Positions 1-10,200 of a stretch of 64,000 bases of DNA are shown here, one piece after another. The stretch lies in contig JAFYHQ010000045.1 in NCBI GenBank assembly GCA_017539105.1, positions 54,320 to 118,319 of the forward strand, in the 5' to 3' direction. The translations under genes and the position numbers were made by a program. The DNA comes from Erysipelotrichaceae bacterium (GTDB lineage Bacteria; Bacillota_I; Bacilli_A; Erysipelotrichales; Erysipelotrichaceae). A model generated the notes under the pieces. That model was given only the letters and a program-made list of their open reading frames with translations, did no database searches and was not told where the DNA came from. Each line of letters starts with the position of its first letter. The first letter of the stretch is position 1.

Positions 1-261
1 GAAACTGACTTCCCAGAGGGTGGCAACACGAACTACTACAACATCAAGGATGATGCTTCTGCTCTTCCGATGGCTTCCAGCAAGTTCCAGAACTTCACGC
101 AGGCTGATTACGATGCGATCGTCAATCTGTTAAAGACGGACGAAGCATTCCGTACTTCTCTGCCTACAGGCTATGGCAACGGCCAGCCGAACGACTATGT
201 CAATGCAGCTGATTACGCAGCTACATTGGAACTGGTTGTCGTTGACGTTGTTAAAGAGTAA
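1..261 (+). CDS. 3' fragment of an upstream gene, probably the BMP-family substrate-binding lipoprotein of the downstream nucleoside ABC transporter; the gene starts before the window
   Basis: The open frame runs to the window edge and ends at a stop at 259-261. A rho-independent terminator follows. It is co-oriented directly upstream of a two-domain ABC ATPase and two permeases of BMP/nucleoside type. The product call rests on synteny only. Confidence 0.35.
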   Translation, partial: ETDFPEGGNTNYYNIKDDASALPMASSKFQNFTQADYDAIVNLLKTDEAFRTSLPTGYGNGQPNDYVNAADYAATLELVVVDVVKE

Positions 262-281
262 TTAAAAACTCACTGTTTTAA

Positions 282-312
282 GGGCTAGTTTTGAACTAGC
301 CCTTTCTTTTTC
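282..312 (+). terminator. Rho-independent terminator (GGGCTAGTT-TTG-AACTAGCCC followed by a T-run)
   Basis: A perfect 9-bp inverted repeat followed by TTTCTTTTTC is seen directly in the sequence. Confidence 0.6.
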
Positions 313-367
313 TTTTAATCCTGATGGATGTAAGCGATTGATTTTATTTGATATAGAAAGGGGATAT

Positions 368-1888
368 ATGGAGAACTATGCAATTGAAATGTTGAACATT
401 ACCAAGCGGTTCCCGGGAATCGTGGCCAATGACAACATTACATTACAGGTGAAATATGGTGAGATCCATGCCTTGCTTGGCGAAAACGGTGCCGGCAAAT
501 CCACTTTGATGAGTGTTCTTTTCGGTCTGTATCAACCGGAAGAAGGAAAGATCCTTCTCGATGGCGAAGAAGTCAAGATCACCAATCCAAAGAAAGCGAA
601 TGAGCTGGGCATCGGAATGGTTCACCAGCACTTTATGCAGATCAAGAACTTTACGGTCCTTGAAAACATCATCCTGGGTGTCGAAACGACGAAGAATGGC
701 GTTCTGCAGATGGATGAAGCAAGGAAGAAGGTCGTTGAACTGTCTGAAAAATATGGCTTGAAGATCGAACCGGATGCCATGGTCAGAGATATCACGGTCG
801 GTCAGCAGCAGCGTGTGGAAATTTTGAAGATGCTGTACCGTGACTGTAAGATCCTGATTTTCGATGAGCCGACTGCCGTCTTGACGCCGCAGGAGATCGA
901 TGAACTGATGCAGATCATGCGTAACCTGAAAGCGGAAGGCAAGGCGATCGTGTTTATCACCCATAAACTGGATGAAATCAAGGCGGTTTCCGACAGATGT
1001 ACCGTTCTGCGTCTGGGCAAGTGCATCGGTACGGTCGATACGGCAAATGCGACGACCCACCAGATGGCAGAAATGATGGTCGGACGTGAGGTCAACTTCC
1101 ATGTCGACAAAGCGCCGCAGAAGCTTGGCGAAGTCGTTCTGTCATTAAGAGATGTCTGCCTGAAGAGCGATATCTCCAACAAGCTGATTCTGAATCATGT
1201 TTCTTTCGATGTCCATGGGGGCGAGATCCTGTGTATCGCGGGTGTCGAAGGCAACGGTCAGTCCGAAGTGGTCAAGGTCATTTCCGGTCTTCTGGAACAG
1301 GATTCCGGGCAGATCTTATTAAGAGGCAAGGATATTTCCAAGGAATCCAGAAGACAGAGGATCGTCGAAGGCATCTCTTATGTGCCGGAAGACAGACATA
1401 AACATGGTGTCATTCTGGATAATACGCTGGAAGAGAACCTTGTTTTAAAGAAATACTTCCTGCCTGAGTATCAGAAGAATGGCGTCATCAATTTCAAAGC
1501 CAGAAAAGAACTGGCAGAGAAACTGATTGATGAATTCGATATCCGTACTTCCGAGGGAAGACAGACGCAGACAAGATCCATGTCAGGCGGCAACCAGCAG
1601 AAAGCGATCGTCGCACGAGAGATCGATGCCGATCATGATGTGCTGGTAGCGATACAGCCGACCAGAGGTCTGGATGTCGGCGCCATCGAAGGTATCCATG
1701 CGAACCTGGTCGCGCAAAGAGATGAAGGCAAAGCCGTTCTGCTGGTATCGTTCGACCTGGAAGAGGTCATGGGTGTTTCCGACAGGATCATCGTCTTCTA
1801 TGAAGGCGAGGTCGTTGCGAATGTAAGACCGGAAGATATTACTGTCAATGAACTGGGTCTGTATATGGCTGGAAGCAAGAGACAGTAG
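368..1888 (+). CDS. ABC transporter ATP-binding protein with two tandem ABC domains (nucleoside/sugar importer type, NupA/RbsA-like)
   Basis: Two nucleotide-binding folds are present: Walker A GENGAGKST in the first half and a second ABC domain after residue ~260 (GVEGNGQSE; signature MSGGNQQK). An RBS (GAAAGGGG) precedes the ATG at 368; the listed ORF start at 338 is an upstream extension. Confidence 0.9.
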   Translation: MENYAIEMLNITKRFPGIVANDNITLQVKYGEIHALLGENGAGKSTLMSVLFGLYQPEEGKILLDGEEVKITNPKKANELGIGMVHQHFMQIKNFTVLENIILGVETTKNGVLQMDEARKKVVELSEKYGLKIEPDAMVRDITVGQQQRVEILKMLYRDCKILIFDEPTAVLTPQEIDELMQIMRNLKAEGKAIVFITHKLDEIKAVSDRCTVLRLGKCIGTVDTANATTHQMAEMMVGREVNFHVDKAPQKLGEVVLSLRDVCLKSDISNKLILNHVSFDVHGGEILCIAGVEGNGQSEVVKVISGLLEQDSGQILLRGKDISKESRRQRIVEGISYVPEDRHKHGVILDNTLEENLVLKKYFLPEYQKNGVINFKARKELAEKLIDEFDIRTSEGRQTQTRSMSGGNQQKAIVAREIDADHDVLVAIQPTRGLDVGAIEGIHANLVAQRDEGKAVLLVSFDLEEVMGVSDRIIVFYEGEVVANVRPEDITVNELGLYMAGSKRQ

Positions 1889-1903
1889 GAGAGGAGAGAA
1901 CTG

Positions 1904-3007
1904 ATGTTAAAGAAAATATTACTTTCCAAGAGAGATTATTCCGGAGTCCTTTCATCCCTGCTGGCTATTTTCATCGGGTTGCTCGTCGGTTTTCTGGCGA
2001 TGGTCATCGTTAAGCCGAGTGCAGCTGTTGCAGGATTTAAAACTTTGGTTACAGGCGGATTCTTTAATGGCCTGATGACATTCGGTTCGGTATTCTTCTA
2101 TGCGACACCGATCATCCTTTGCGGTATGGGCGATGCCTTCGCGTTCAAGGCAAGTATCTTCAATATCGGCGGTCCGGGTCAGATGCATATGGGTGCCCTG
2201 GCTGCGGTATGGGTCACGATCAATATCGGCCTGGGACCTGTCGTTTCTCCGTTTATCGGCTTGCTGGCAGGCGCGATCGCAGGCGCTCTGTGGGCTCTGA
2301 TTCCTGCTTTGTTGAATGCTTACCGAAGAGTCAATATCATCATTACCACCATCATGATGAACTATATCGGCATGTTCCTGGCGGTAGATATTCTGAAAAA
2401 ATCGAATATCTTCGATAACACAAAGAACCAGTCGCTTGCCGTGCCTCGTCCGTTAAGAACGCCTCGCGCGGGATTGGATAAGATTTTCAAAGGAAGCGCG
2501 ATCGACTGCGGCATTATCATCGCGATCATCATCGCGATCATCCTTTGGTTCGTTTTAGAGAAAACAACGTTCGGTTATGAAATCAAAGCCGTCGGTAAAA
2601 ACAGAGATGCAGCTGACTATGCAGGTATCAATGCGAAGAGGACCATCGTTCTTTCCGTTCTGATTTCCGGTGCTTTGATCGGACTTGGCGGCGGTTTCAT
2701 GTATCTGGGCTGGGCCGGAAAATATCTGATCGGTTCCAATACCCAGCTGTCGGAAGGTTTCACAGGCATTGCGGTAACGATGCTTGCAAACAACAACCCG
2801 ATCGCATGTATATTCTCGGGATTCTTCCTGGCATATCTGACACAGTCCGGCTCCTATATGCAGGCGGTAGGCTTCTCTCCGGAAATCGTTAAAGTCATTT
2901 CCTCGGTTGTCGTTTACTGTTCCGCATTGTCGATGTTGGTACATGAATACTTAAGAAAGAAGAAACTCGATTACATCGGTCGTGAACAGAAAGGAGATCT
3001 CAGATAA
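1904..3007 (+). CDS. ABC transporter permease (BMP/nucleoside-type, NupB-like)
   Basis: Polytopic hydrophobic protein translationally adjacent to the ATPase; it overlaps the next permease by 1 nt. Confidence 0.8.
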   Translation: MLKKILLSKRDYSGVLSSLLAIFIGLLVGFLAMVIVKPSAAVAGFKTLVTGGFFNGLMTFGSVFFYATPIILCGMGDAFAFKASIFNIGGPGQMHMGALAAVWVTINIGLGPVVSPFIGLLAGAIAGALWALIPALLNAYRRVNIIITTIMMNYIGMFLAVDILKKSNIFDNTKNQSLAVPRPLRTPRAGLDKIFKGSAIDCGIIIAIIIAIILWFVLEKTTFGYEIKAVGKNRDAADYAGINAKRTIVLSVLISGALIGLGGGFMYLGWAGKYLIGSNTQLSEGFTGIAVTMLANNNPIACIFSGFFLAYLTQSGSYMQAVGFSPEIVKVISSVVVYCSALSMLVHEYLRKKKLDYIGREQKGDLR

Positions 3008-3966
3008 TGAATGCTTGGATACATCTGATTGGCGGCGGTATTCTGCTGGTCTTCATGCCTCTTCTGATCGGCGGCATTGCGGACCTGTTTGCGGAGAGAT
3101 CCGGTGTCTTGTGTATGTGTGTTGAAGGTATCATGATCGCCGGCGCTTTCTTTGGCGTCCTGATGATCCGTCTGTTTGCGGAAACGATGGGCGTCTGGCC
3201 ATTGCTATTCCTGTCGATCGTCGTCTCGATGATCGCCGGTCTGTTTGCCGGGCTCTTGCATGGTTTTGCGGCGATCCATCTGAAAGCGGAACAGAACATT
3301 TCTTCGACTGCGATCAATACGTTCGTTCCTGCGCTGACGATGCTGATTTCGAAATCTGTCTTCGGTACCGATAACTTCACGTATTCCGCCAGTAAGTTCT
3401 TAATCTCAAAGGTTCCGATCCTTGGCGATATTCCGATCATCGGACCGATCTTCTTCCAGGGTACCTATGCGACGACGTATATCGGTATCACGCTGGTTCT
3501 GATTTTATGGTTCATCCTGTACAAGACCAAATTCGGTTTGCAGTTACGATCCACTGGTGAAAACCCGCAGGCTTCCGATTCTGTCGGTATCTCCGTCTAT
3601 GCGATGCGATATGCCGCGATGATGATTGCCGGTGCGATGGGTGGTTTGGCAGGTTTCACTTATATCCTGAATACGACTTACGTGTTCATGGGTTCCGTCT
3701 ATGGCTATGGCTTCCTGGCTCTGTCCATCGTTTCTCTGGGCCAGTGGAAACCAAGCGGAATCATGCTGGGAGCTCTGCTGTTTGGCGCGATCTCGGTCAT
3801 TTCTTCGACCTATTCCGTATTGCCTGTCCTGCAGAATCTTCCGATTCCGCCGGTCTTCTATTCGATCCTGCCTTATGTCATCACCCTGATCGTCGTTGCC
3901 CTGACGCCTGACAAGCACAATGCTCCGGCTGTCTGTGGCGAACCATACGACAAGTCTAAGAGATAA
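3007..3966 (+). CDS. ABC transporter permease (NupC-like second permease)
   Basis: Polytopic membrane protein that is the third member of the ATPase/permease/permease unit. Confidence 0.8.
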   Translation: MNAWIHLIGGGILLVFMPLLIGGIADLFAERSGVLCMCVEGIMIAGAFFGVLMIRLFAETMGVWPLLFLSIVVSMIAGLFAGLLHGFAAIHLKAEQNISSTAINTFVPALTMLISKSVFGTDNFTYSASKFLISKVPILGDIPIIGPIFFQGTYATTYIGITLVLILWFILYKTKFGLQLRSTGENPQASDSVGISVYAMRYAAMMIAGAMGGLAGFTYILNTTYVFMGSVYGYGFLALSIVSLGQWKPSGIMLGALLFGAISVISSTYSVLPVLQNLPIPPVFYSILPYVITLIVVALTPDKHNAPAVCGEPYDKSKR

Positions 3967-3968
3967 TC

Positions 3969-4700
3969 ATGGCATTTTTCGATAAGAACAACGAATTGAT
4001 GTACCATATCCATTGTAAAAAAGGGGACATCGGGGAGTATGTCATACTTCCCGGTGACCCTTTTCGTACAGAAAAGATCGCTGCTTTCCTGGATGACTAT
4101 GAACTGATCGCTCACAATCGCGAACACAAGACTTATACCGGTCATCTGAATGGGATCAAAGTCTCTGTCACTTCGACAGGAATGGGCGGAGGCAGTACGG
4201 CGATCTGTGTGGAGGAACTCATCAAGTGCGGGGCGAAGTATCTGATCCGCATCGGTACCTGCGGCAGGATCACCGATGAGGCGAAGGATGAATCGCTTGA
4301 TGGCTGCATCGTAACAGCAGCCGTAAGAGACGAGGGTACGACCCTGCATTACATTCCGGTGGAATATCCGGCAGTGGCGGATCGCAAGGTCGTAGAAGCT
4401 CTGGCGGAAGCATCCGAAAAGCTGGGATATAACTATATGGAAGGCATCATACAGACCAAGGACTCCTACTATGGTCAGGTGGAACCGGAGAATATGCCAA
4501 CCGAGGCGAATCTTAACTACAGGATGGAGTGCTGGAAACGGGGTAATGTGGCTGTCACGGATATGGAGTCCGCGACTCTGTTCATCGTCAGCCAGATCCG
4601 TAGAGTCAAAGCGGGTTCCGTCATGTCTTTCAAAGAAACGGAAAAATCGATCGCCGTGATCATGGAAGCGATCAAGATATTGAACAGTAAAGGAGAATGA
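3969..4700 (+). CDS. Nucleoside phosphorylase, PNP/UDP family (uridine phosphorylase-like), paralog 1
   Basis: Motifs LPGDPFR, HNREHKTYTG, VSVTSTGMGGGSTAICVEELIKCGA and RIGTCG align to the Udp/DeoD fold. It lies 2 nt after the permease gene. Confidence 0.8.
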   Translation: MAFFDKNNELMYHIHCKKGDIGEYVILPGDPFRTEKIAAFLDDYELIAHNREHKTYTGHLNGIKVSVTSTGMGGGSTAICVEELIKCGAKYLIRIGTCGRITDEAKDESLDGCIVTAAVRDEGTTLHYIPVEYPAVADRKVVEALAEASEKLGYNYMEGIIQTKDSYYGQVEPENMPTEANLNYRMECWKRGNVAVTDMESATLFIVSQIRRVKAGSVMSFKETEKSIAVIMEAIKILNSKGE

Positions 4701-4701
4701 T

Positions 4702-5436
4702 ATGGCATTAACGAATGAAGAAGGCCTGATGTATCATGTACGCATCAAGCCGGGAGATGTCGGAAGATATGTATTGTTACCGGGGGATCCGTTCCGTACG
4801 GATCTGATCGCATCGTATTTCGATAACCCTGTGCTGGTTGCCCACAACCGTGAGCACAAGACCTGGACAGGTTATCTTAATGGCGTCAAGGTTTCCGTCA
4901 CTTCGACAGGTATGGGCTGTCCGTCGACGGCGATCGCTCTGGAAGAACTGATCAAGTGCGGCGCGGACACGTTCATCCGTGTCGGTACGGCAGGAAGAGT
5001 CTGCGACGAATCCTATGATGAGACTTTGGATGGCGTCATCAACAACGCCGCTGTCAGAGACGAGGGTACGACGATCCATTACATTCCGATCGAATACCCT
5101 GCAGTGGCAGACCGTCACGTGGTCGCCGCTCTGGCAGATGCTGCCGAGAAACTGGGATACAACTTCCTGGAAGGCATCACGCAGTCCAAGGATTCCTTCT
5201 ATGGCCAGCATGAACCGGAGACGATGCCTGCGGAAGCAAGACTGAAGTATCGCTGGGAAGCATGGCGCAGAGGTCATGTGGTATCCTCGGAAATGGAATG
5301 CGCTGCACTGTTCGTCATCAGTTCGATCAGAAGATGCAGGGCAGGAGCCATCATGGCTTTCACGGAAATGGAAAAATCCGTCGAAGTCGCCTGCGAAGCG
5401 ATCAAGATCCTGATCGAACAGGATAATAAGCAATAA
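4702..5436 (+). CDS. Nucleoside phosphorylase, PNP/UDP family, paralog 2 (tandem duplicate)
   Basis: About 60% identical to the preceding gene over full length with the same motif set; start is 2 nt after the previous stop. Confidence 0.8.
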   Translation: MALTNEEGLMYHVRIKPGDVGRYVLLPGDPFRTDLIASYFDNPVLVAHNREHKTWTGYLNGVKVSVTSTGMGCPSTAIALEELIKCGADTFIRVGTAGRVCDESYDETLDGVINNAAVRDEGTTIHYIPIEYPAVADRHVVAALADAAEKLGYNFLEGITQSKDSFYGQHEPETMPAEARLKYRWEAWRRGHVVSSEMECAALFVISSIRRCRAGAIMAFTEMEKSVEVACEAIKILIEQDNKQ

Positions 5437-5452
5437 AAATATTATATTTATA

Positions 5453-5481
5453 TTGAAAATTAAATCATTTTAAGGTAATAT
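5453..5481 (+). promoter_or_regulatory. Sigma-A-type promoter for rplJ-rplL (-35 TTGAAA 5453-5458, 17-nt spacer, -10 TAATAT 5476-5481)
   Basis: Hexamers and spacing are read directly from the sequence. Confidence 0.5.
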
Positions 5482-5489
5482 ATTATAGC

Positions 5490-5618
5490 ATCGATATACC
5501 ATAGACAGTAACGGCATCATGCTTAATAATGTTACCGAGGTAAATCTGAAATGATTTTTACCTGTGTCTGTGGGCACAGGTTTTATTTATGAGTATATGG
5601 GTGTTAGAAAGAGGGAAC
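5490..5618 (+). promoter_or_regulatory. rplJ 5' leader (probable L10 autoregulatory leader) containing the hairpin CCTGTGTCTGTGGGCACAGG
   Basis: A ~130-nt untranslated leader with a stable stem-loop lies directly upstream of rplJ. This is the conserved position of the L10(L12) leader in Firmicutes. Confidence 0.4.
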
Positions 5619-6233
5619 ATGAATCAAGCTGTATTAAGTAACAAGCAGGCAATCGTTACCGAGATCGTTGATCGTATGAAGAATTCCGACTCTACGGTTG
5701 TTTGCGAGTATCGTGGACTTAGCGTAGCTGAAGTGACGGAACTTAGAAGAAACTTAAGAGCGGAAGACGTTGAATTCAAGGTCTACAAAAACACCATGGT
5801 CGAAAGAGCGTGCGATGAAACCGGTTTTGGCGATCTGAAAGATGCGTTGGTTGGCCCAAATGCGTTTGCTTTCTCTAAGGATGCGACTGCTCCGGCTAGA
5901 GTACTTGCGAAGTTCGCGAAAAAACACAAAGCTCTGGTACTTAAGAAAGGCATCGTCGAAGGTAAGGTCGTTGATGAAAACATGATCAAGGAACTGTCTA
6001 TGCTTCCGAACCACGACGGCATGCTGTCGATGTTACTGAGCTGTTTACAGGCCCCGGTCAGTTCATTTGCCAGAGCGGTCAAAGCCGTGGCGGATGCCAG
6101 AGGGGATGGAGCACCTGCTACTCAAGAAGAAAAAGCAGAACCTGCTGCTGAAAAAGCGGTAGAAGAAACAAAGGCGGAAGCTCCTGCCGAGGAAGCAAAA
6201 GCCGAAGAAAAAGCTGCAGAAAGTGCAGAGTAA
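5619..6233 (+). CDS. rplJ: 50S ribosomal protein L10 with an unusual ~44-aa Ala/Glu/Lys-rich C-terminal tail
   Basis: MNQAVLSNKQAIVTEIVDRMK... is typical L10. RBS AGAAAGAGGG precedes the ATG at 5619, so the listed ORF start at 5589 is too early. The core is ~160 aa and the tail spans 6099-6233. Confidence 0.9.
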   Translation: MNQAVLSNKQAIVTEIVDRMKNSDSTVVCEYRGLSVAEVTELRRNLRAEDVEFKVYKNTMVERACDETGFGDLKDALVGPNAFAFSKDATAPARVLAKFAKKHKALVLKKGIVEGKVVDENMIKELSMLPNHDGMLSMLLSCLQAPVSSFARAVKAVADARGDGAPATQEEKAEPAAEKAVEETKAEAPAEEAKAEEKAAESAE

Positions 6234-6254
6234 GAAAGAAGGAGAAAAATTATA

Positions 6255-6629
6255 ATGGCAAAATTATCACATGAAGATATCTTGGTTTATCTCGAAGAAG
6301 CCAGCATCTTAGATCTGAACGAATTAGTTAAGGCAATCGAAGAAAAATTCGGTGTCAGCGCTGCTGCTCCAGTCGCTGTTGCTGCTGCACCTGCAGAAGA
6401 AGCTGCTGCTGCCGGTCCGTCCGTTGTATCAGTCATTCTGTCATCCTTTGGCGAAGCTAAGACTGCAGTCATCAAGGTCGTCAAGGAAATCACCGGTTTA
6501 GGTCTCGTTGAGGCTAAGGGTGTCGTTGACAAGTGCCCAAGCCCGATCAAAGAGAACATCTCTGTTGAAGAAGCAGAAGAAATCAAGAAGAAGCTGGTTG
6601 ACGCAGGAGCTACCGTCGAAATCAAATAA
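6255..6629 (+). CDS. rplL: 50S ribosomal protein L7/L12
   Basis: N-terminal dimerisation helix, Ala/Pro-rich hinge and C-terminal domain ending in VEIK. Confidence 0.9.
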   Translation: MAKLSHEDILVYLEEASILDLNELVKAIEEKFGVSAAAPVAVAAAPAEEAAAAGPSVVSVILSSFGEAKTAVIKVVKEITGLGLVEAKGVVDKCPSPIKENISVEEAEEIKKKLVDAGATVEIK

Positions 6630-6637
6630 TTCATTGA

Positions 6638-7228
6638 ATGAGCCATTATTATACGGATAATAAGGATCTTAGTTCTAATAGACAAGAATTCGATTATTAT
6701 TTCGATAATGAGGTTTTTCGTTTCACTACTGATAACGGCGTATTTTCTAAAAATAATGTTGATTTTGGTAGTTATATCTTGATTAAAACGATTTATGAAA
6801 AGGATCTGGGCAGATCTCTTCTTGATCTGGGATGCGGCTATGGACCGATCGGCATCATTCTGAAGCGATTTCATCCTTCGGTTGAAGTCGAAATGGTCGA
6901 TGTCAATTCCCGGGCAGTCGAGCTTGCTGCCGAGAACGCTTCTCGTAATCAAACAGATATTACGGTTTCTTTATGCGAAGATATCCTTACGCTCGGTCAT
7001 GAATTCGATACCATCGTTCTCAATCCTCCCATCCGGGCAGGAAAGAAAGTCATTTTCGGCTTGTATGAAAAGTCGAAAAAGATTTTGAATGAAGACGGGC
7101 ATCTCTATATCGTGATCCGCAAGGCGCAGGGAGCTGCTTCTTCCATCAAGGAACTGGAAACACTATTCAGAAATGTTGTGATCATCCATTCGAAAGCCGG
7201 ATACAAGGTGATCGATTGTCACAACTGA
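6638..7228 (+). CDS. Class I SAM-dependent methyltransferase (small-domain rRNA MTase; RsmC/YbxB-like)
   Basis: LDLGCGYGPIG glycine-rich SAM motif and VLNPPIRAGKK (NPP[FIY]-like motif). It sits between rplL and rpoB, as ybxB does in Bacillus. Confidence 0.75.
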   Translation: MSHYYTDNKDLSSNRQEFDYYFDNEVFRFTTDNGVFSKNNVDFGSYILIKTIYEKDLGRSLLDLGCGYGPIGIILKRFHPSVEVEMVDVNSRAVELAAENASRNQTDITVSLCEDILTLGHEFDTIVLNPPIRAGKKVIFGLYEKSKKILNEDGHLYIVIRKAQGAASSIKELETLFRNVVIIHSKAGYKVIDCHN

Positions 7229-7262
7229 TTCTACACAATGATTATTTGAAAGGACGGCGCAA

Positions 7263-10200
7263 ATGAAACAGACTTACAAAACATTGAATTCGGGTAAGCA
7301 TTCTACTCGCCGTGACTACTCTAAGGTTAGCGGTAATCTTGAATTGCCGAACCTGGTAGAGGTACAAACCGATTCTTTCAAGTGGTTTATCACTAAAGGA
7401 ATCAAAGAAGTATTTGATGATATTTATCCGATTCAGAACTATAGCGGCAATATACGCTTAAAACTATTGAATTATGAATTCGGCGAGCCGAAATACAGCG
7501 TTGCCGAAACCAAATATCGTGAAGAAGATTATCGCGCTCCTTTAAAAGCCAATATGGAACTGGAAATCATCGACGAAGCGACAGGACAGGTTTCTGTCAA
7601 ACGCGAGGAAGTTTTCCTTGGTGATTTCCCGATGATGACGCCGACAGGCACGTTCATCATCAATGGCGCTGAAAGAGTCATTGTTTCACAGATCGTCCGT
7701 TCGCCTGGCGCTTATTTTGACAGCCAGACCGATGACAAAACCAATAAGGAAACGTTCTCCGGAGAACTGATTCCTTCCAGAGGAACCTGGCTGGAATTTC
7801 TGACGGATGACAAGAAGAACGCTTTAGGCCGCATCATGAATATGTCGGTGGACCGTAAGCGTAAGATCCTGTCTACGATCCTTTTGAAATGCATCGGTTT
7901 CGCTTTGAATCTGGAAGACAACGAAAATAATTTCGATGTCACCAGAGCCAAGACATTCCTGGAAGCTTTAGGTCTGGAGATCCATGAGGACCTGATCAAC
8001 CAGAATGACGATCGTGAATATTTAAACATCTACGAAGCCATCTATACGTCTTTCTTAGGCGCTTATGAAGAGATTTCCTATACCCTTCAGGCGGATAAGA
8101 CCAAGACGATGGACGCGGCTTTGCTGGAAATGCACAAGAACCAGAAGCAGGATGAAGTCCCGACGGTCGAAGGTGCCGCCAACCTGATGAATGCGAAATT
8201 CTTCGATGAGAAGAAGTACGATCTGACATCGGCAGGCAGATACAAGCTCAGAAGAAAACTGAGTGTCGTCGACCGTATCGAGAATCATATCCTGGCGCAG
8301 GATGTGTGCACTGCCGAAGGCAAGGTCATTTACAAGGAAGGTACGCTGATCGAAAAGGCGCAGCGTAATGTCCTGAGAGAAGAACTGGCGAAAGGAAGCC
8401 ATGTCGAAGCATTCCCGTTCAGGCATATGTTCTCTCATCCGACGATCGTTGAAGTTCCTTCGAATCACAAAGCCGCCTTGAAAGGCCGTGTTCTGGCGAA
8501 CGATATCGATCTGAGTGACAGAACCTATATGATGGGTACCGTACTGACGGAAGACGATGTAAAACGCATCGCCAAAGAAGTCAGCACTGTCAGGATCTAC
8601 AGCGGTATCGTTGCAAGAGAAGTGCCGCTCAATTCCAAGAACTATCGTGCAGTCATGGATTATGGCCAGCGTTTCTTCGTATTGGGCAGACTGACCGATA
8701 AACATTCCGAAGACGTCAAAGTCGATGAGGAACAGGCTATGCCTTACTATCTGCCGGATCATGATACCTATATCCTGACGACAGACAAGGAAGAAGCCAT
8801 CAAGGCCAGAGTCGACAAAGGCGAACAGATCACCGCTTGGCTGGTCGGTACGGCTTGCCAGGTCGTGAACATCTATAATCCGAAAGACAATGCTTCAAAA
8901 ATCCGACTGATCGGCATCGATCCGCTCAACGACAAGAGATGCATCACGATGTCCGATATGCTGGCATTCTACAACTATATGTTTACCCTGCTGGATGGTG
9001 TCGGCTATACCGACGATATCGATATGCTGGGCAACCGTAGGATCCGTACCGTAGGCGAACTGATCCAGAATCAGTTCCGTATCGGTCTGTCGAGAATGGA
9101 AAAGGCGGTCAAAGAGAAGATGTCCATCACGGAAGTCGAAAACGCGACTCCGAAGACACTGACGAACAACCGTCCGTTATCCGGCGCGATCCGGGAATTC
9201 TTCTCCTCATCGCAGCTGTCCCAGTTCATGGACCAGCAGAATCCTTTGGCGGAACTGACAAACAAGCGTCGTATCTCCGCGTTAGGCCCGGGCGGTCTGA
9301 CCAGAGAGCGTGCAGGTTTCGAAGTCCGAGATGTCCATAACTCGCATTATGGCAGGATCTGTCCGATTGAGACGCCGGAAGGCCAGAACATCGGTCTGAT
9401 CTCTTATCTGACGACCTATGCGAAGATCAATGAGTATGGATTCATCCAGACTCCTTACCGCAAAGTCGATAAGAAGGGCAATGTCTCGGAAGACTATGTC
9501 TATCTGTCCGCGGATGATGAGAATGACTACATCATCGCGCAGGCAAACGAAGTCATCGATGGCAAGCTGGTCCATGACCAGGTCGTCTCGAGAAAAGCGG
9601 GAGAAACGATATTGGCGAACAGAGAAGATGTCGAACTTGCCGACGTATCGCCGAAGCAGGTCGTATCGGTCGCTGCCGCATGTATTCCGTTCCTTGAGAA
9701 CGATGACGCTTCCCGTGCCCTGATGGGTGCAAACATGCAGAGGCAGGCTGTGCCATTGCTGAACCCGCATGCTCCGTATGTCGGAACAGGCATCGAATCC
9801 AAGATCGCCAGAGACTCCGGAACAGGCCTGATTTCAGCACATGAAGGTACGGTAACCTATGTGGATGCCAACACCATCACCATCACTTCGAAAGATGGCG
9901 AGAAGCATGATTATGCCTTGGAAAAATTCGCACGTTCCAATGCCGGAACCTGCATCAATCACCGTCCGATCGTGGTCGATGGCGATGAAGTCAAAGTCGG
10001 CGATATCATTGCCGATGGTCCGAGCATGGATGATGGCGAACTGTCCCTGGGACAGAATGTGACGATCGCTTTCATGACATGGCATGGCTACAACTATGAG
10101 GATGCCATCATCATGTCCGAGCGTATGGTCAAAGACGATGTCTATACATCGATCCATATCGATGAATATTCCATCGAAAAACGTAAAACGAAACTGGGTG

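Noticed and set aside
443-1102. 219-aa ORF antisense to the ABC ATPase gene (and the 126-aa ORF at 802-1182)
   Set aside because: It lies entirely within a high-confidence coding region on the opposite strand and has no RBS or recognisable domain. Antisense frames of GC-balanced genes are often open.
8055-8762. 235-aa antisense ORF inside rpoB (and similar ORFs at 9282-9770, 9834-10157, 13430-14539 inside rpoB/rpoC)
   Set aside because: They lie inside universally conserved RNAP genes. Composition is Arg/Ser/His-rich, typical of antisense artefacts.
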